Positions 39,859 to 48,989 of a stretch of DNA of 64,000 nucleotides are shown here, piece after piece; position 1 is the first letter of the stretch, and the number at the start of each line of letters is the position of its first letter. Made by a program: the position numbers and the translations under genes. The stretch is from a virus. The DNA is taken from IMG/VR virus record IMGVR_UViG_3300030447_000318; one strand, 5' to 3'. The notes under the pieces are model-generated. The model searched no databases and was not told where the DNA came from. It was given only the letters and a program-made list of their open reading frames with translations.

Positions 39859-40187
39859 CTCTTACTTAACCGAAGTATAAGTAATAAATATTGCTTGATC
39901 TATCAGCTTGTAAGTTTATCAATAACAATTGTTCTTTGCACTTGTAAACTCCCTTAATATGCTTTCCAATCAAGCTTTTAACATAATGTACCTGCATACC
40001 GCTTGCCTCCCTTTCCATCATATTCCCTAAGACAATGGACTGTTTAGCACCAGAAAAGAGGTACGGAAAAATATTAACATAAAATGACATAGTTCAACAA
40101 GAAGCAACATTTTCCATTTTTTGTCCTATACATGTTATAGGATTTATGTTATAATACAAACAAAAATATTAAATTAGGAGCGATAAG

Positions 40188-40286
40188 ATGACACAGATGC
40201 AAAAAGATATTATTAGGTTATATTTACAGCTAGATGCCAAAGACGAGAAAGAGTTTCTCATGTGGCTATTTAGTTTAAGTAAATAA
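40188..40286 (+). CDS. 32-aa small peptide gene with own promoter and terminator
   Basis: Promoter-like ttgtcc..N17..gttataat. RBS ttaggagcgataag. ATG ORF MTQMQKDIIRLYLQLDAKDEKEFLMWLFSLSK. Downstream hairpin atagcctt/aaggctat plus T-run. Confidence 0.35.
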   Translation: MTQMQKDIIRLYLQLDAKDEKEFLMWLFSLSK

Positions 40287-40336
40287 TAACCAATATTCTG
40301 TATATAATAGCCTTATGTATTTTACAAAGGCTATTT

Positions 40337-40600
40337 TTATTTTATTGATTCTCTTAACTCATTCGCTTTCTCTTTGTCAATAACACTATAGTTCAACAAA
40401 GTGTTTATTGCCAAATTCGCTTGTCTAGTGATTTTCGCTTTTATGTCATATTTTGCTCCAGTAAGCAATGTGTCCTGAATAATTTCCACATCAGTTGGCT
40501 TTTCTTCTCTGAGAGCTTCTGTATATACTCGCTTTATAATCTCTAATTCTTTTTCAAGTTCTTTTTCACCAACCAAATATTCAACTGTAACTTTAATCAT
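40337..40600 (-). CDS. hypothetical protein
   Basis: 87-aa ORF. Confidence 0.45.
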   Translation of the reverse strand: MIKVTVEYLVGEKELEKELEIIKRVYTEALREEKPTDVEIIQDTLLTGAKYDIKAKITRQANLAINTLLNYSVIDKEKANELRESIK

Positions 40601-40624
40601 ATAATCATCCTTTCCTTGTCTTTA

Positions 40625-41737
40625 TTACTTTCGCCCATACATATCTGCATTTACTTCAGCTTGCCAATAGTTATGGCTAGTAGTATAAGAATTAAACAAC
40701 ATAGCAATCAAATAGGCTTTAATGTTTTGAATTCTAGTTGGATTTTCCTTTAACGCCACTATCACATACTCTATATGGTCGTATTTCAACTTCCAGAATC
40801 TTTGTTGCACAATTGTACTTGGATATTTCACTCCAGAAATCATATAAGTTGTGCTATCAACAGTTACAACTTCTGTCATGAGTTCAACTATCTCATCAAT
40901 GATTTCTTTGTCGTTAGGGTAAGAGATTATTAAATCGCTATAACCTATATTTTGTTTTATGATTTGACATAAACGAATATAATCTTGTGCCGCATACTTT
41001 GGTTGTCTTTCTCTATCTATCAATCCACCTCTTATGTTATTAATATTATTATAGTTAGGTTGATAGATTGATTGTTTAATACTTAATTGTTTAGTATTTA
41101 ATTCTTTAGTATTTAATTGTATGCGGTTTTCCATATCAGGAAATCCCCTATCTTGGTTATCCATATCTGGGAAATCAGGATATGGATGAGATACCAGTAA
41201 ATCTGCACCTTTCAAAGGACAACTTTCTTTTTCGCTTATGTAATCTTCAATCGAAATATTGTCAGCCACATTTAAATTTTTAGTATCATCATAATGTATA
41301 TCATTTGTATTAAAATCACCATCTTTTTCTTCGATTTGTTTAACATTAGTATTATTATTTTTAACACTATTATTAACATTATCTTCATTAGTATTTTCGG
41401 AATTAGTCTTATTATCATTACAATTAGTAGCCTTTTGAGGTTCGTCATAAAGTGTATAATCCACATCTAAAATTTTGCCTTTATCATCTCTAATTGTAGT
41501 TCTAATTAAATAACCCAATTCTTCTAATTTTTTTAATCCACTTGTAATGGTTGTTCTACCATCTGGTAAAATTTGATTTAATCCATTAATAGAAAAATCC
41601 CACTCAGATGGCAAACTTAACATTGTTATAAGCAAACCTCTTGATTTAATATCTAAATTCATATCTCTTAATATTGAGTTGTTAACAATTGTGAAATTAT
41701 TTTTTAGTTCTTTCTTTAGTATGCCCATAACAAACAT
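40625..41737 (-). CDS. RepA_N-like replication initiator / replisome organiser with low-complexity N-rich linker
   Basis: N-terminal winged-helix pattern (NNSILRDMNLDIKSRGLLITMLSLPSEWDF...LKKLEELGYLIRT). Asn-rich linker. C-terminal helical domain. Confidence 0.45.
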   Translation of the reverse strand: MFVMGILKKELKNNFTIVNNSILRDMNLDIKSRGLLITMLSLPSEWDFSINGLNQILPDGRTTITSGLKKLEELGYLIRTTIRDDKGKILDVDYTLYDEPQKATNCNDNKTNSENTNEDNVNNSVKNNNTNVKQIEEKDGDFNTNDIHYDDTKNLNVADNISIEDYISEKESCPLKGADLLVSHPYPDFPDMDNQDRGFPDMENRIQLNTKELNTKQLSIKQSIYQPNYNNINNIRGGLIDRERQPKYAAQDYIRLCQIIKQNIGYSDLIISYPNDKEIIDEIVELMTEVVTVDSTTYMISGVKYPSTIVQQRFWKLKYDHIEYVIVALKENPTRIQNIKAYLIAMLFNSYTTSHNYWQAEVNADMYGRK

Positions 41738-41759
41738 TTCCTTTCATATTTTATAATTT

Positions 41760-42719
41760 TTATACTATCCTGAGTTTATTCGCCATATTTATAGCTGTTT
41801 GATACTTATCTACATCATCAGTAAGATACCTAATAATTTTTCCTAAATCATCAGATTTTAAGGAGATAACAGGCATATTCTTGACTATTTCATCACCTTT
41901 ACCAGCCAATACATTGTGGATAAACTCACCATGGTCATCAATCAACTGTCTATTTTTCTCTTCTGTTAAACCGATGTAATTCATAGTGATTTGCAAATCT
42001 GTATGATTAAACAGTTTCTGCAATGATAACAAACAATCGGGGTCAAATGGATGTGTCTTATGAATCCAGTAACCAAAACTCTTACGAAGAGAGTGAGTGC
42101 TTACAGCGTATTGTATATTCGCTGCTTTAACTGCTTTGTTTAACTTCTTTCTGTAAACCTCTGTCTGCTGTTTTACAACATCGTTATATTCGACTACATA
42201 ATAAAGATAATCTCCAAGAGATAAGTATCTTTGCTGTTTATTAAAGTCTTTGATTATTTTCTCTTTTCTATCTTCTGATATAGTCTTATTTAACGCTTTA
42301 CACCAAAGTTCTATATCGTTTTTACTGTATATATCCAAGCCTTTTCTCTTTATCCAGTTCGTTTTAGGAATATACTCGAAGATATATTCGTTGTAATGTT
42401 TCTTTATATCAACATCTACATTCTCCAAGTATTTATCTAAGGCTTCAAATACAGTATTACTTATAGGGAGATTAGTAACTTTTCCTGTTTTTTGTTCTTC
42501 AATTGTATTTATTTCTCTTTTTCTGCTTCCGTTTTCGTAGTATATATCAGACCATTTCATCATTACTGTATCTCCAATTCTTCTACCAAGCAGGAGTTCT
42601 AACATTGTAATGAGATAACCATCCCATTCATGGTTATTTTCAAACCATTCAACTACATTTCTAATGTCTTCCATTTTCCAAAACGGATATACTTCAGTTT
42701 TCTCTTTTCTTTTTGTCAT
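41760..42719 (-). CDS. int: tyrosine site-specific integrase
   Basis: Catalytic-region motifs HSLRKSFG and ...ITMNYI (Tyr). Size 319 aa. Confidence 0.7.
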   Translation of the reverse strand: MTKRKEKTEVYPFWKMEDIRNVVEWFENNHEWDGYLITMLELLLGRRIGDTVMMKWSDIYYENGSRKREINTIEEQKTGKVTNLPISNTVFEALDKYLENVDVDIKKHYNEYIFEYIPKTNWIKRKGLDIYSKNDIELWCKALNKTISEDRKEKIIKDFNKQQRYLSLGDYLYYVVEYNDVVKQQTEVYRKKLNKAVKAANIQYAVSTHSLRKSFGYWIHKTHPFDPDCLLSLQKLFNHTDLQITMNYIGLTEEKNRQLIDDHGEFIHNVLAGKGDEIVKNMPVISLKSDDLGKIIRYLTDDVDKYQTAINMANKLRIV

Positions 42720-42817
42720 ATTTATTAACCTTCTTTCGAAATTTTTTGCAATAAAAAAGAAGTAGAAATTAATCTACTTCTTTTACAATTCTCTCTTTTA
42801 ATATTAAATTAACACAA

Positions 42818-43438
42818 TTATCTTTCCCATAATTTATCTAAAACATCAAAATCACTAGGTAAATTAGAATAAGTTGCACCCACAATATCCAATTTTTTAT
42901 ATTCTTCTTCGGTTATAATAATTCCTTCATCTCCTGTTGCAGTTTTATTATAATCCAAACTACTTGGATTTGGATTATTAAAATAAAATTTTCTATACTC
43001 TGTTGTTCCATCGTTTAATATAGTTTTAAACAAACAAGCTATAACTTTTCCCGTACTTATTTCTGTTGTTACAAGGTTGTCAAATCTTGGGTCATATTTG
43101 TTATAAGCAAGTTTCCCACGTTTTAATGCCGTCTCTCTATTTCCTCCTTCAAGTTTACGCATTTCTGCAACTCTTCTGTCAAATGAATCTACATAAATCT
43201 TTTTACTATTTACTCCTATAGTATATGTATGTCTATTTCCATATCTATCATATCTTGTATGCTGATAAGTTTTTTCACCATCATAAAGTTCATTTCCAAC
43301 TCTATCATAGCAAACTCTATTACCATTCTCGTCTATTCTCATAGTTTCATTTTTTGACTGTTCATTCTCAATCGCACACTTTGTACCACTAATACCTAAA
43401 GCTCCTAAAAAACCTAAAAAACCTAATAATCCTAACAT
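42818..43438 (-). CDS. lipoprotein
   Basis: Signal peptide with lipobox ISGTKC. The N-terminal LGFLGF repeats are encoded by a 9-nt tandem repeat. Confidence 0.5.
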   Translation of the reverse strand: MLGLLGFLGFLGALGISGTKCAIENEQSKNETMRIDENGNRVCYDRVGNELYDGEKTYQHTRYDRYGNRHTYTIGVNSKKIYVDSFDRRVAEMRKLEGGNRETALKRGKLAYNKYDPRFDNLVTTEISTGKVIACLFKTILNDGTTEYRKFYFNNPNPSSLDYNKTATGDEGIIITEEEYKKLDIVGATYSNLPSDFDVLDKLWER

Positions 43439-43500
43439 AATATTACATCCTTTCTTAAATATATTCTCTGATTATATTTTATTGTAAATTCATTATTTTT

Positions 43501-43779
43501 TCAATATAAATTTTCTATTCTCACATTATCATCATACAATTCATTATGTTTCTCTACTGCCATTTCCATAATATCAGGAAAATAATCATTTTCTCGAACT
43601 TCCATTGTCTTTACATCACCGCACTTTATACAAACAGAATCTTTAATATGACCATATTCTCTTTGGGAAGAACCTCTTTGAATTCCATTTATTGCTACCG
43701 TATCTGTATGTAAGCAACTCAAGCAAATAAATCTACTTAACTGCATATAGTTATTTTTTCTATTTCTATGTCTACACAT
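43501..43779 (-). CDS. zinc-finger protein
   Basis: CLSC...CIKCGD pattern. Size 92 aa. Confidence 0.4.
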   Translation of the reverse strand: MCRHRNRKNNYMQLSRFICLSCLHTDTVAINGIQRGSSQREYGHIKDSVCIKCGDVKTMEVRENDYFPDIMEMAVEKHNELYDDNVRIENLY

Positions 43780-43886
43780 TTTACCACCTCGTTTTTTGTA
43801 TTAAAAAAGAAGCAGGAATTCCCGCTTCTCACATTAGTTTATTTCCGTTGAAATGATTATTTCTTTGTCTTAAAAATAACCTCTTA

Positions 43887-44069
43887 TTAATCCACAACTT
43901 TACTTAATTCTTCCCAGTCTTCTCGATTTCCTGTTCTGCTCAAATGGTAATGCCCACCGTCAATTGCTACAGCTCCACATTTACAAATTACAAATTGATG
44001 TTGAGTCTTACTTTCGATAACATCTCCGCATCTCTTACATCTAATCTTATTTACTAAAATCTTTTTCAA
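43887..44069 (-). CDS. zinc-ribbon small protein
   Basis: CKRCGD...CKCGAV. Size 60 aa. Confidence 0.4.
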   Translation of the reverse strand: MKKILVNKIRCKRCGDVIESKTQHQFVICKCGAVAIDGGHYHLSRTGNREDWEELSKVVD

Positions 44070-44154
44070 TACTAATCACCTCCATTTGTCAAACACCCAT
44101 ATAATCACTTTATAAACTCAGATTGTATCTTGTAGTTTTCCTTTCGTTTAATAC

Positions 44155-44460
44155 TTAATAATTATTGAGCAAATAATCTCTTGCATACTCATCGCCAAAC
44201 TTTCTATACATCCATTTCCTATAATCTAATGTACAATACCCCGAATGTTGATAAACTTTTACATTATAATCCGTAATTGTATAATCATCAGAAACAGTAA
44301 GAGTTTCATTTGAGTCTTCTTCAAGAATTTCTATGTAGCCTTCAAGGTCGATAGAATGTTCATTTCTTATGATATTTAATTCATTAACTTTATCCGAATC
44401 GGCAAGTAAACTATAAATTTCTCTTAATTCTTCATCTGTTAATCTATTTGCATATTTCAC
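44155..44460 (-). CDS. hypothetical early protein
   Basis: 101-aa ORF in the tiling. Confidence 0.4.
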   Translation of the reverse strand: MKYANRLTDEELREIYSLLADSDKVNELNIIRNEHSIDLEGYIEILEEDSNETLTVSDDYTITDYNVKVYQHSGYCTLDYRKWMYRKFGDEYARDYLLNNY

Positions 44461-44472
44461 AGTATCACCTCT

Positions 44473-44739
44473 TTAATAAATTGAATAACACATTGCCATC
44501 TTGTCACCCATTGGGGTAATCACAACATAAAAAATATTTCTATTATTCCACGTGTATTTAAAAACATCCTTCGTGTTTGATGGTTGACCTACTGTACATA
44601 CTGTGTCACCAATATTAACCTTCTTAGTTTCAGGAATGCCTAAAGCTTCTCTTATATCTTTCCCAAGTCTACTACCTTTTGCAATTTTATTGTATTGATC
44701 ATCACTTAATGTTGTCACTTTATCCATTATTATTTCCAT
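44473..44739 (-). CDS. hypothetical early protein
   Basis: 88-aa ORF. Confidence 0.4.
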   Translation of the reverse strand: MEIIMDKVTTLSDDQYNKIAKGSRLGKDIREALGIPETKKVNIGDTVCTVGQPSNTKDVFKYTWNNRNIFYVVITPMGDKMAMCYSIY

Positions 44740-44782
44740 AATTATATTCTCCTTTCGCTTCCGTTTGAAAACTTGGTTTCAT

Positions 44783-45001
44783 TTATTTATATTTAGTCTC
44801 TTTTGTTCTTACATCTATTCCTATGACTTCTTTCTCTCTCTCGTTAAATATAAATTTTAAAACAGGTGTGCCGAATTCCGGATCAATAGTAGCCCATCCT
44901 CTAGCTCTTTCATCATCAACTAATTCTACAGACTTGTATCCCTCTTTCTTTTTCTCTTTAAGAAAGGTTATTACACTATCAATATCTGAACTAATTCGCA
45001 A
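44783..45001 (-). CDS. hypothetical early protein
   Basis: 72-aa ORF. Confidence 0.4.
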   Translation of the reverse strand: MRISSDIDSVITFLKEKKKEGYKSVELVDDERARGWATIDPEFGTPVLKFIFNEREKEVIGIDVRTKETKYK

Positions 45002-45003
45002 TA

Positions 45004-45534
45004 TTATACACCTCTTTCAATAAATTCTTTGTCAAATTCTCTATCAGTATCAACAAATTCACCTACTGAACCAATAATAGCCGATTCAATATCATCATCT
45101 TCTTCAATGTATTCGTCTTCTTCATCATCCCAATTTTCTTCAAATTTAAAAAAACCATCGCATTCATAAATACTACCAGCCTTTTTAATTTCGTTCTGCT
45201 GTAATAAATATTCTTCATCAAGAAGGGTATCTGCAATTTCTTTTAATAAATCTTCATAATCACTACCACATTCGCAATTTGAAATTCTATGTAAAATTTC
45301 ACTTCCTTTATCTGTATTTTGATCTAACCAATTTGCATAACTTGATATATCATTACGCCAACCGTCAACATAATGTTTGTTGTCAAATACATCACCATCG
45401 TTGTACCATTTATATATTAACTTACAAACTGCTGTTACAATCTGTGTTGCTTTTGTATTCCCTTCTCCCCAAACGGTTAAATATAAATCGTTTACATTTT
45501 TAAATTTTTTAAAATAAATTCCTTTTACTGACAT
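45004..45534 (-). CDS. acidic hypothetical protein
   Basis: 176 aa with a strongly acidic C-terminal half (DDEEDEYIEEDDDIES). Confidence 0.45.
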   Translation of the reverse strand: MSVKGIYFKKFKNVNDLYLTVWGEGNTKATQIVTAVCKLIYKWYNDGDVFDNKHYVDGWRNDISSYANWLDQNTDKGSEILHRISNCECGSDYEDLLKEIADTLLDEEYLLQQNEIKKAGSIYECDGFFKFEENWDDEEDEYIEEDDDIESAIIGSVGEFVDTDREFDKEFIERGV

Positions 45535-45718
45535 AAAAATTACCTCGCTTTTTTCATATTTTATATTATCTTATTATAACACAACATCATTTTTTGATAC
45601 AGTATGCCAATCATCAAAATAGTATACATATACCAACAGTATATCTGGATGTATAGCATATTCAACATACTTATTTACTTTTAGCATACCAAATCTTTTA
45701 AGCAAGTATTTAGTCATA

Positions 45719-46309
45719 TCAACTCTTTTCTTCAATACCTAAAACTCGATTGATTTGAGTAATTCTAGCAAGTAGCTTTTCTTTTTCTGCTATTAATTCT
45801 GATATTTCTTCCATATCTTCTCTAATTTCTAAAATCTCAATTTTATATGGAAGATTATCTTTCTCTTTTTCAAATATATTTTTATTAACTTTTGATAAAT
45901 AAAAAACAGACCCAGCAGATACTTCTGAACGCCAATATTTTGCACTGCCTCCACTTTTAATCTTACCAGAAATAAGGACTACGTCCCTACCGACTCTTGC
46001 ACCACTATCTCTATTATAAGCACTAGAAATATCTTTTCCAAACACTCTTATAGACTCTTTGCAAGCAAAAGAATCTTCTAAAAATTTTATTTTAACATCA
46101 ATTGTTTCATTTCTATCTATGTCAGAATAACCAAAAACATCTACCATAATATTTCTTACATTATCAATATATTCTTTTGGAACTGTCCAACATTTATTTG
46201 ATGAATTCCATCTTGCAGAACCTATGTTTTTAATTTTAATAACAAATTCCTTATTGTACGGTGTATAAATATTTATTGAACTACTTCCTAGTACGATCTT
46301 AATGTCCAT
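45719..46309 (-). CDS. hypothetical protein
   Basis: 196-aa ORF. Confidence 0.45.
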   Translation of the reverse strand: MDIKIVLGSSSINIYTPYNKEFVIKIKNIGSARWNSSNKCWTVPKEYIDNVRNIMVDVFGYSDIDRNETIDVKIKFLEDSFACKESIRVFGKDISSAYNRDSGARVGRDVVLISGKIKSGGSAKYWRSEVSAGSVFYLSKVNKNIFEKEKDNLPYKIEILEIREDMEEISELIAEKEKLLARITQINRVLGIEEKS

Positions 46310-46356
46310 ATCTTTATCCTCCTTGTATAATTTCTCTAATTTGTTTATATAAATAT

Positions 46357-46381
46357 AACCTCAAAAATAATTTTTGAGGTT
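46357..46381. terminator. rho-independent terminator hairpin
   Basis: Perfect palindrome aacctcaaaaat-aat-ttttgaggtt. Confidence 0.5.
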
Positions 46382-46388
46382 ATATTTC

Positions 46389-46859
46389 TTACATTAATGC
46401 CATTGTAAATGTTTGTAGAACACAGTAAAAAGTCCCATTTTTAGGATAATCTTTATCTTTTTCATCCCAATCAAGAAGTAAAATATCAAGGAACTCTGAA
46501 CTAATATCTGTCAATAAGTTTAATTGAAGAATGGTATTAAAACAGCCATCTCTATCATGATATTCCATGTAATATACTAATTGTGTCCTTAGTCCTTTTA
46601 GTTTATCACCAGCCACTTTTTTCATTTCTTTTCCAGAATTATATGCTTTTTGTACATAGTTATCTCTAACTATATGATTAAGTTTTTCAGTTATTAACTG
46701 TTCTGCATAATCAGTTGGTTTCTTATCTGCACTTATCCAATTTTCTAATGTTTCAATTTTAACTTTTAATGCTTCTGCTAATTCAGGAACTGTCTTAACT
46801 CCTAAATAATCCTTATATTTTTCCCAATTTTTAATAGTTATTTCTAACATAACATTCAC
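46389..46859 (-). CDS. hypothetical protein
   Basis: 156-aa ORF. Upstream TTGACA-17-TAAACT promoter on the minus strand near 46930. Confidence 0.45.
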   Translation of the reverse strand: MNVMLEITIKNWEKYKDYLGVKTVPELAEALKVKIETLENWISADKKPTDYAEQLITEKLNHIVRDNYVQKAYNSGKEMKKVAGDKLKGLRTQLVYYMEYHDRDGCFNTILQLNLLTDISSEFLDILLLDWDEKDKDYPKNGTFYCVLQTFTMALM

Positions 46860-47021
46860 TCCTTTTTTAATTATGTTTTATTTTTTTAATTTAGCTCTTG
46901 ACATATAATTAGTTTATTACACATTGTGTAGTATGTCAAGTGCTTAGTATGCTTTATCTAATTCTCCTAAGATTTCCAATACATCTCTTTCGTCAACCTT
47001 CATATGCTTATTGTCTCGAGT

Positions 47022-47498
47022 CTAAAAAGGAACATAATCTTCATATTTTTCATACAACTTCTCTAAGTAAGTATCACAGTCTTCTACTATTTTATCTATT
47101 ACATCACAAAATTCAGAAAACGATTCTTCTTCATATTCCCACATATCTCTACCTGTACATCTAAATACGTAATGTTTCCCTAGTTCATCGTCATTTTTAT
47201 TTTCTTCTTCTGCTTTTCTTTCCCACTCTTCTTTTTCCTCGTCTGGTAAATAATCATAATCAATCGCTAAAGGAATCCAACGACTCTCAATCAAGAACTC
47301 TGGAACTGGAAGATTTTCTTTTCCGCAGAAATCTCTGAAATTATAGTCTGAATCGCTCAAGAAAAAATCTAACGATTCAGCATGGCTACTATCGGGGAAA
47401 TATATATCATGACGATATTTAGACAGTATTCTTTTGTGACGTTTTAAAGTATCAATTAAACTTGTTTGACTTTCTGTTAACATTGTTTTGTTTTCCAT
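47022..47498 (-). CDS. acidic hypothetical protein
   Basis: 158-aa ORF, Glu/Asp-rich. Confidence 0.45.
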   Translation of the reverse strand: MENKTMLTESQTSLIDTLKRHKRILSKYRHDIYFPDSSHAESLDFFLSDSDYNFRDFCGKENLPVPEFLIESRWIPLAIDYDYLPDEEKEEWERKAEEENKNDDELGKHYVFRCTGRDMWEYEEESFSEFCDVIDKIVEDCDTYLEKLYEKYEDYVPF

Positions 47499-47549
47499 AT
47501 TTATTACCTCCTTAAAACAAACAATTTTATTAATTTTTTAAAAATGCCC

Positions 47550-47645
47550 TTGACAAAATGAAAAGTGATTTCTACTATCGTAGATGAAGAGTAGGAAAAT
47601 CCTACAATATTGCAAGACGAGGTTTATACCTCGTCTTTTTTTATT
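47550..47645 (+). CRISPR. solitary Cas12a-type repeat unit 1 (promoter -35, repeat hairpin, 28-nt segment with second hairpin, terminator)
   Basis: CTTGACAAA at 47549-47557 (ttgaca core 47550-47555). Repeat ATTTCTACTATCGTAGAT at 47568-47585 (stem TCTAC/GTAGA). Terminator gacgagg-tttata-cctcgtc followed by T7 at 47615-47643. The -10 position is ambiguous for this copy. Confidence 0.5.
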
Positions 47646-47691
47646 CATAATCATAACAAAATTTTGTCAGGGTGTGAACCACACCCTATTA

Positions 47692-48033
47692 TCAAGCTAA
47701 GCAATTAACTATTGAATAATATTCTTTTCTTTCTACCATCATTATTACAACTTTTGCATTTTTATCATCATACCATTCCTCAAAATCGGCAAACCCATCA
47801 TTAGCCATTATAGAGAAGGAATAATCTTTTTCATCCATAATTTGATAATTTGCGACTTCTAAATTATTAAATAATTGTTTTGGGATGTCATCTTCGGTTA
47901 TTTCTTTAATTTTGTCTTGATGTATGTCATACACAGAATAATGTTCATCTTTTGGTATATATATCTTAAAATCAACAATGGTTTCATTTTTATTTTTCTC
48001 TAATATTTTATTATAAAGTTCTAAAATTTTCAT
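47692..48033 (-). CDS. hypothetical protein
   Basis: 113-aa ORF. Confidence 0.45.
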   Translation of the reverse strand: MKILELYNKILEKNKNETIVDFKIYIPKDEHYSVYDIHQDKIKEITEDDIPKQLFNNLEVANYQIMDEKDYSFSIMANDGFADFEEWYDDKNAKVVIMMVERKEYYSIVNCLA

Positions 48034-48070
48034 ATTTCTACCTCCGCCCTCATTAACAAAAATAATATTC

Positions 48071-48493
48071 CTAAAAACTTAAATAAACTTCTGAGTCATC
48101 TTCATCGTATTGGTTCATAGCGTCTACAGCATCAGCCATATTATCGTAAGTTCCTAAAGTCTTATAAGACGGTGTTTCTATAAGACTAATATAAATCTTT
48201 GAATAATCAGAGATTTCTCCTCCAGAAACCCACTCACCATCTTCATCATATTCATTTTCTTCCAGATAATATTCATCTACGAGATAATATGTTCCTTTTG
48301 CACCAGATAATTCAGATATACTCGTTTTGTGTTCATTTAATCTTTTTTTAGCTCTATCTTCCTCATTTTCATTGAAACTTTCAATTAATTCTGAAACTTG
48401 ATCATCATTTAAAAGAGTGACACCCTCTTTTATTTCTTTTCTATCTCTATATGGGATTTCTATACTTGCTTTTCTAAGTTCTATTTTTTTCAT
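48071..48493 (-). CDS. acidic hypothetical protein (start MKKIELRK with RBS gaggagg)
   Basis: The longest-ORF start is a TTG. The ATG at about 48493 has a perfect SD. Confidence 0.45.
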   Translation of the reverse strand: MKKIELRKASIEIPYRDRKEIKEGVTLLNDDQVSELIESFNENEEDRAKKRLNEHKTSISELSGAKGTYYLVDEYYLEENEYDEDGEWVSGGEISDYSKIYISLIETPSYKTLGTYDNMADAVDAMNQYDEDDSEVYLSF

Positions 48494-48525
48494 ATCACTT
48501 ACCTCCTCAAAAATAAAAAACTTTC

Positions 48526-48643
48526 TTGACAAATTAAATATTATGTAATATAATATGCAATGTAATTTCTACTATAGTAGATAAAAAACATATTACAACA
48601 GGTTAGAGAGACGGGATTTTGCATCCGTCTCTCTTTTATTTGC
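48526..48643 (+). CRISPR. solitary Cas12a-type repeat unit 2 (TTGACA-17-TATAAT promoter, repeat TAATTTCTACTATAGTAGAT, 23-nt spacer-like segment, terminator)
   Basis: -35 at 48526-48531. -10 at 48549-48554. Repeat at 48563-48582. 23-nt segment aaaaaacatattacaacaggtta at 48583-48605. Terminator gagagacgg...ccgtctctc plus T-run at 48606-48640. Confidence 0.6.
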
Positions 48644-48650
48644 TCTAATT

Positions 48651-48923
48651 TTAAGCCCAAACATCAGTTACTTTATACCCAATTAAAAATCCATTGTTGT
48701 TATATAATTTTTCGACCTGTACAGATATTACTGTAGCATCCTTACTATTTACATAGCATTGCCACACCTGTCCATCTTCACCAATAATTACTTCTCCGTT
48801 AGAGGATGAGTCGGTTTCGAAGTCTTCAAAACCACAAATAATCTCCTCTGCAAGCTCTTGTTCCTCGTATTCCTTACCTACTAACTTTCTCAAATTTTCC
48901 ATAACTTGTTCTAAAGTAGTCAT
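48651..48923 (-). CDS. hypothetical protein
   Basis: 90-aa ORF. Confidence 0.45.
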   Translation of the reverse strand: MTTLEQVMENLRKLVGKEYEEQELAEEIICGFEDFETDSSSNGEVIIGEDGQVWQCYVNSKDATVISVQVEKLYNNNGFLIGYKVTDVWA

Positions 48924-48989
48924 ATTACTTGCCTCCTCAAATCTAATAATTTTTCTCTCTTTCTAAGTATATTTTGAAAAATTTTATAC

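Noticed and set aside
39866-40090. A 74-aa minus-strand ORF downstream of the cI terminator
   Set aside because: It has no RBS and an odd composition. It overlaps the promoter region of the small plus-strand peptide gene. It is probably spurious.
42740-42775. Hairpin gaagtaga-aattaa-tctacttc, which contains the gtaga/tctac words
   Set aside because: The arm order is GTAGA then TCTAC, the reverse of a Cas12a repeat. It is a perfect palindrome flanked by A- and T-runs between int and the lipoprotein gene. It is an ordinary bidirectional terminator.
43381-43437. A 9-nt tandem repeat (cctaaaaaa), which could have been taken for a micro-array
   Set aside because: It encodes the LGFLGFLG stretch of a lipoprotein signal peptide. 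It is coding and has no spacer structure.
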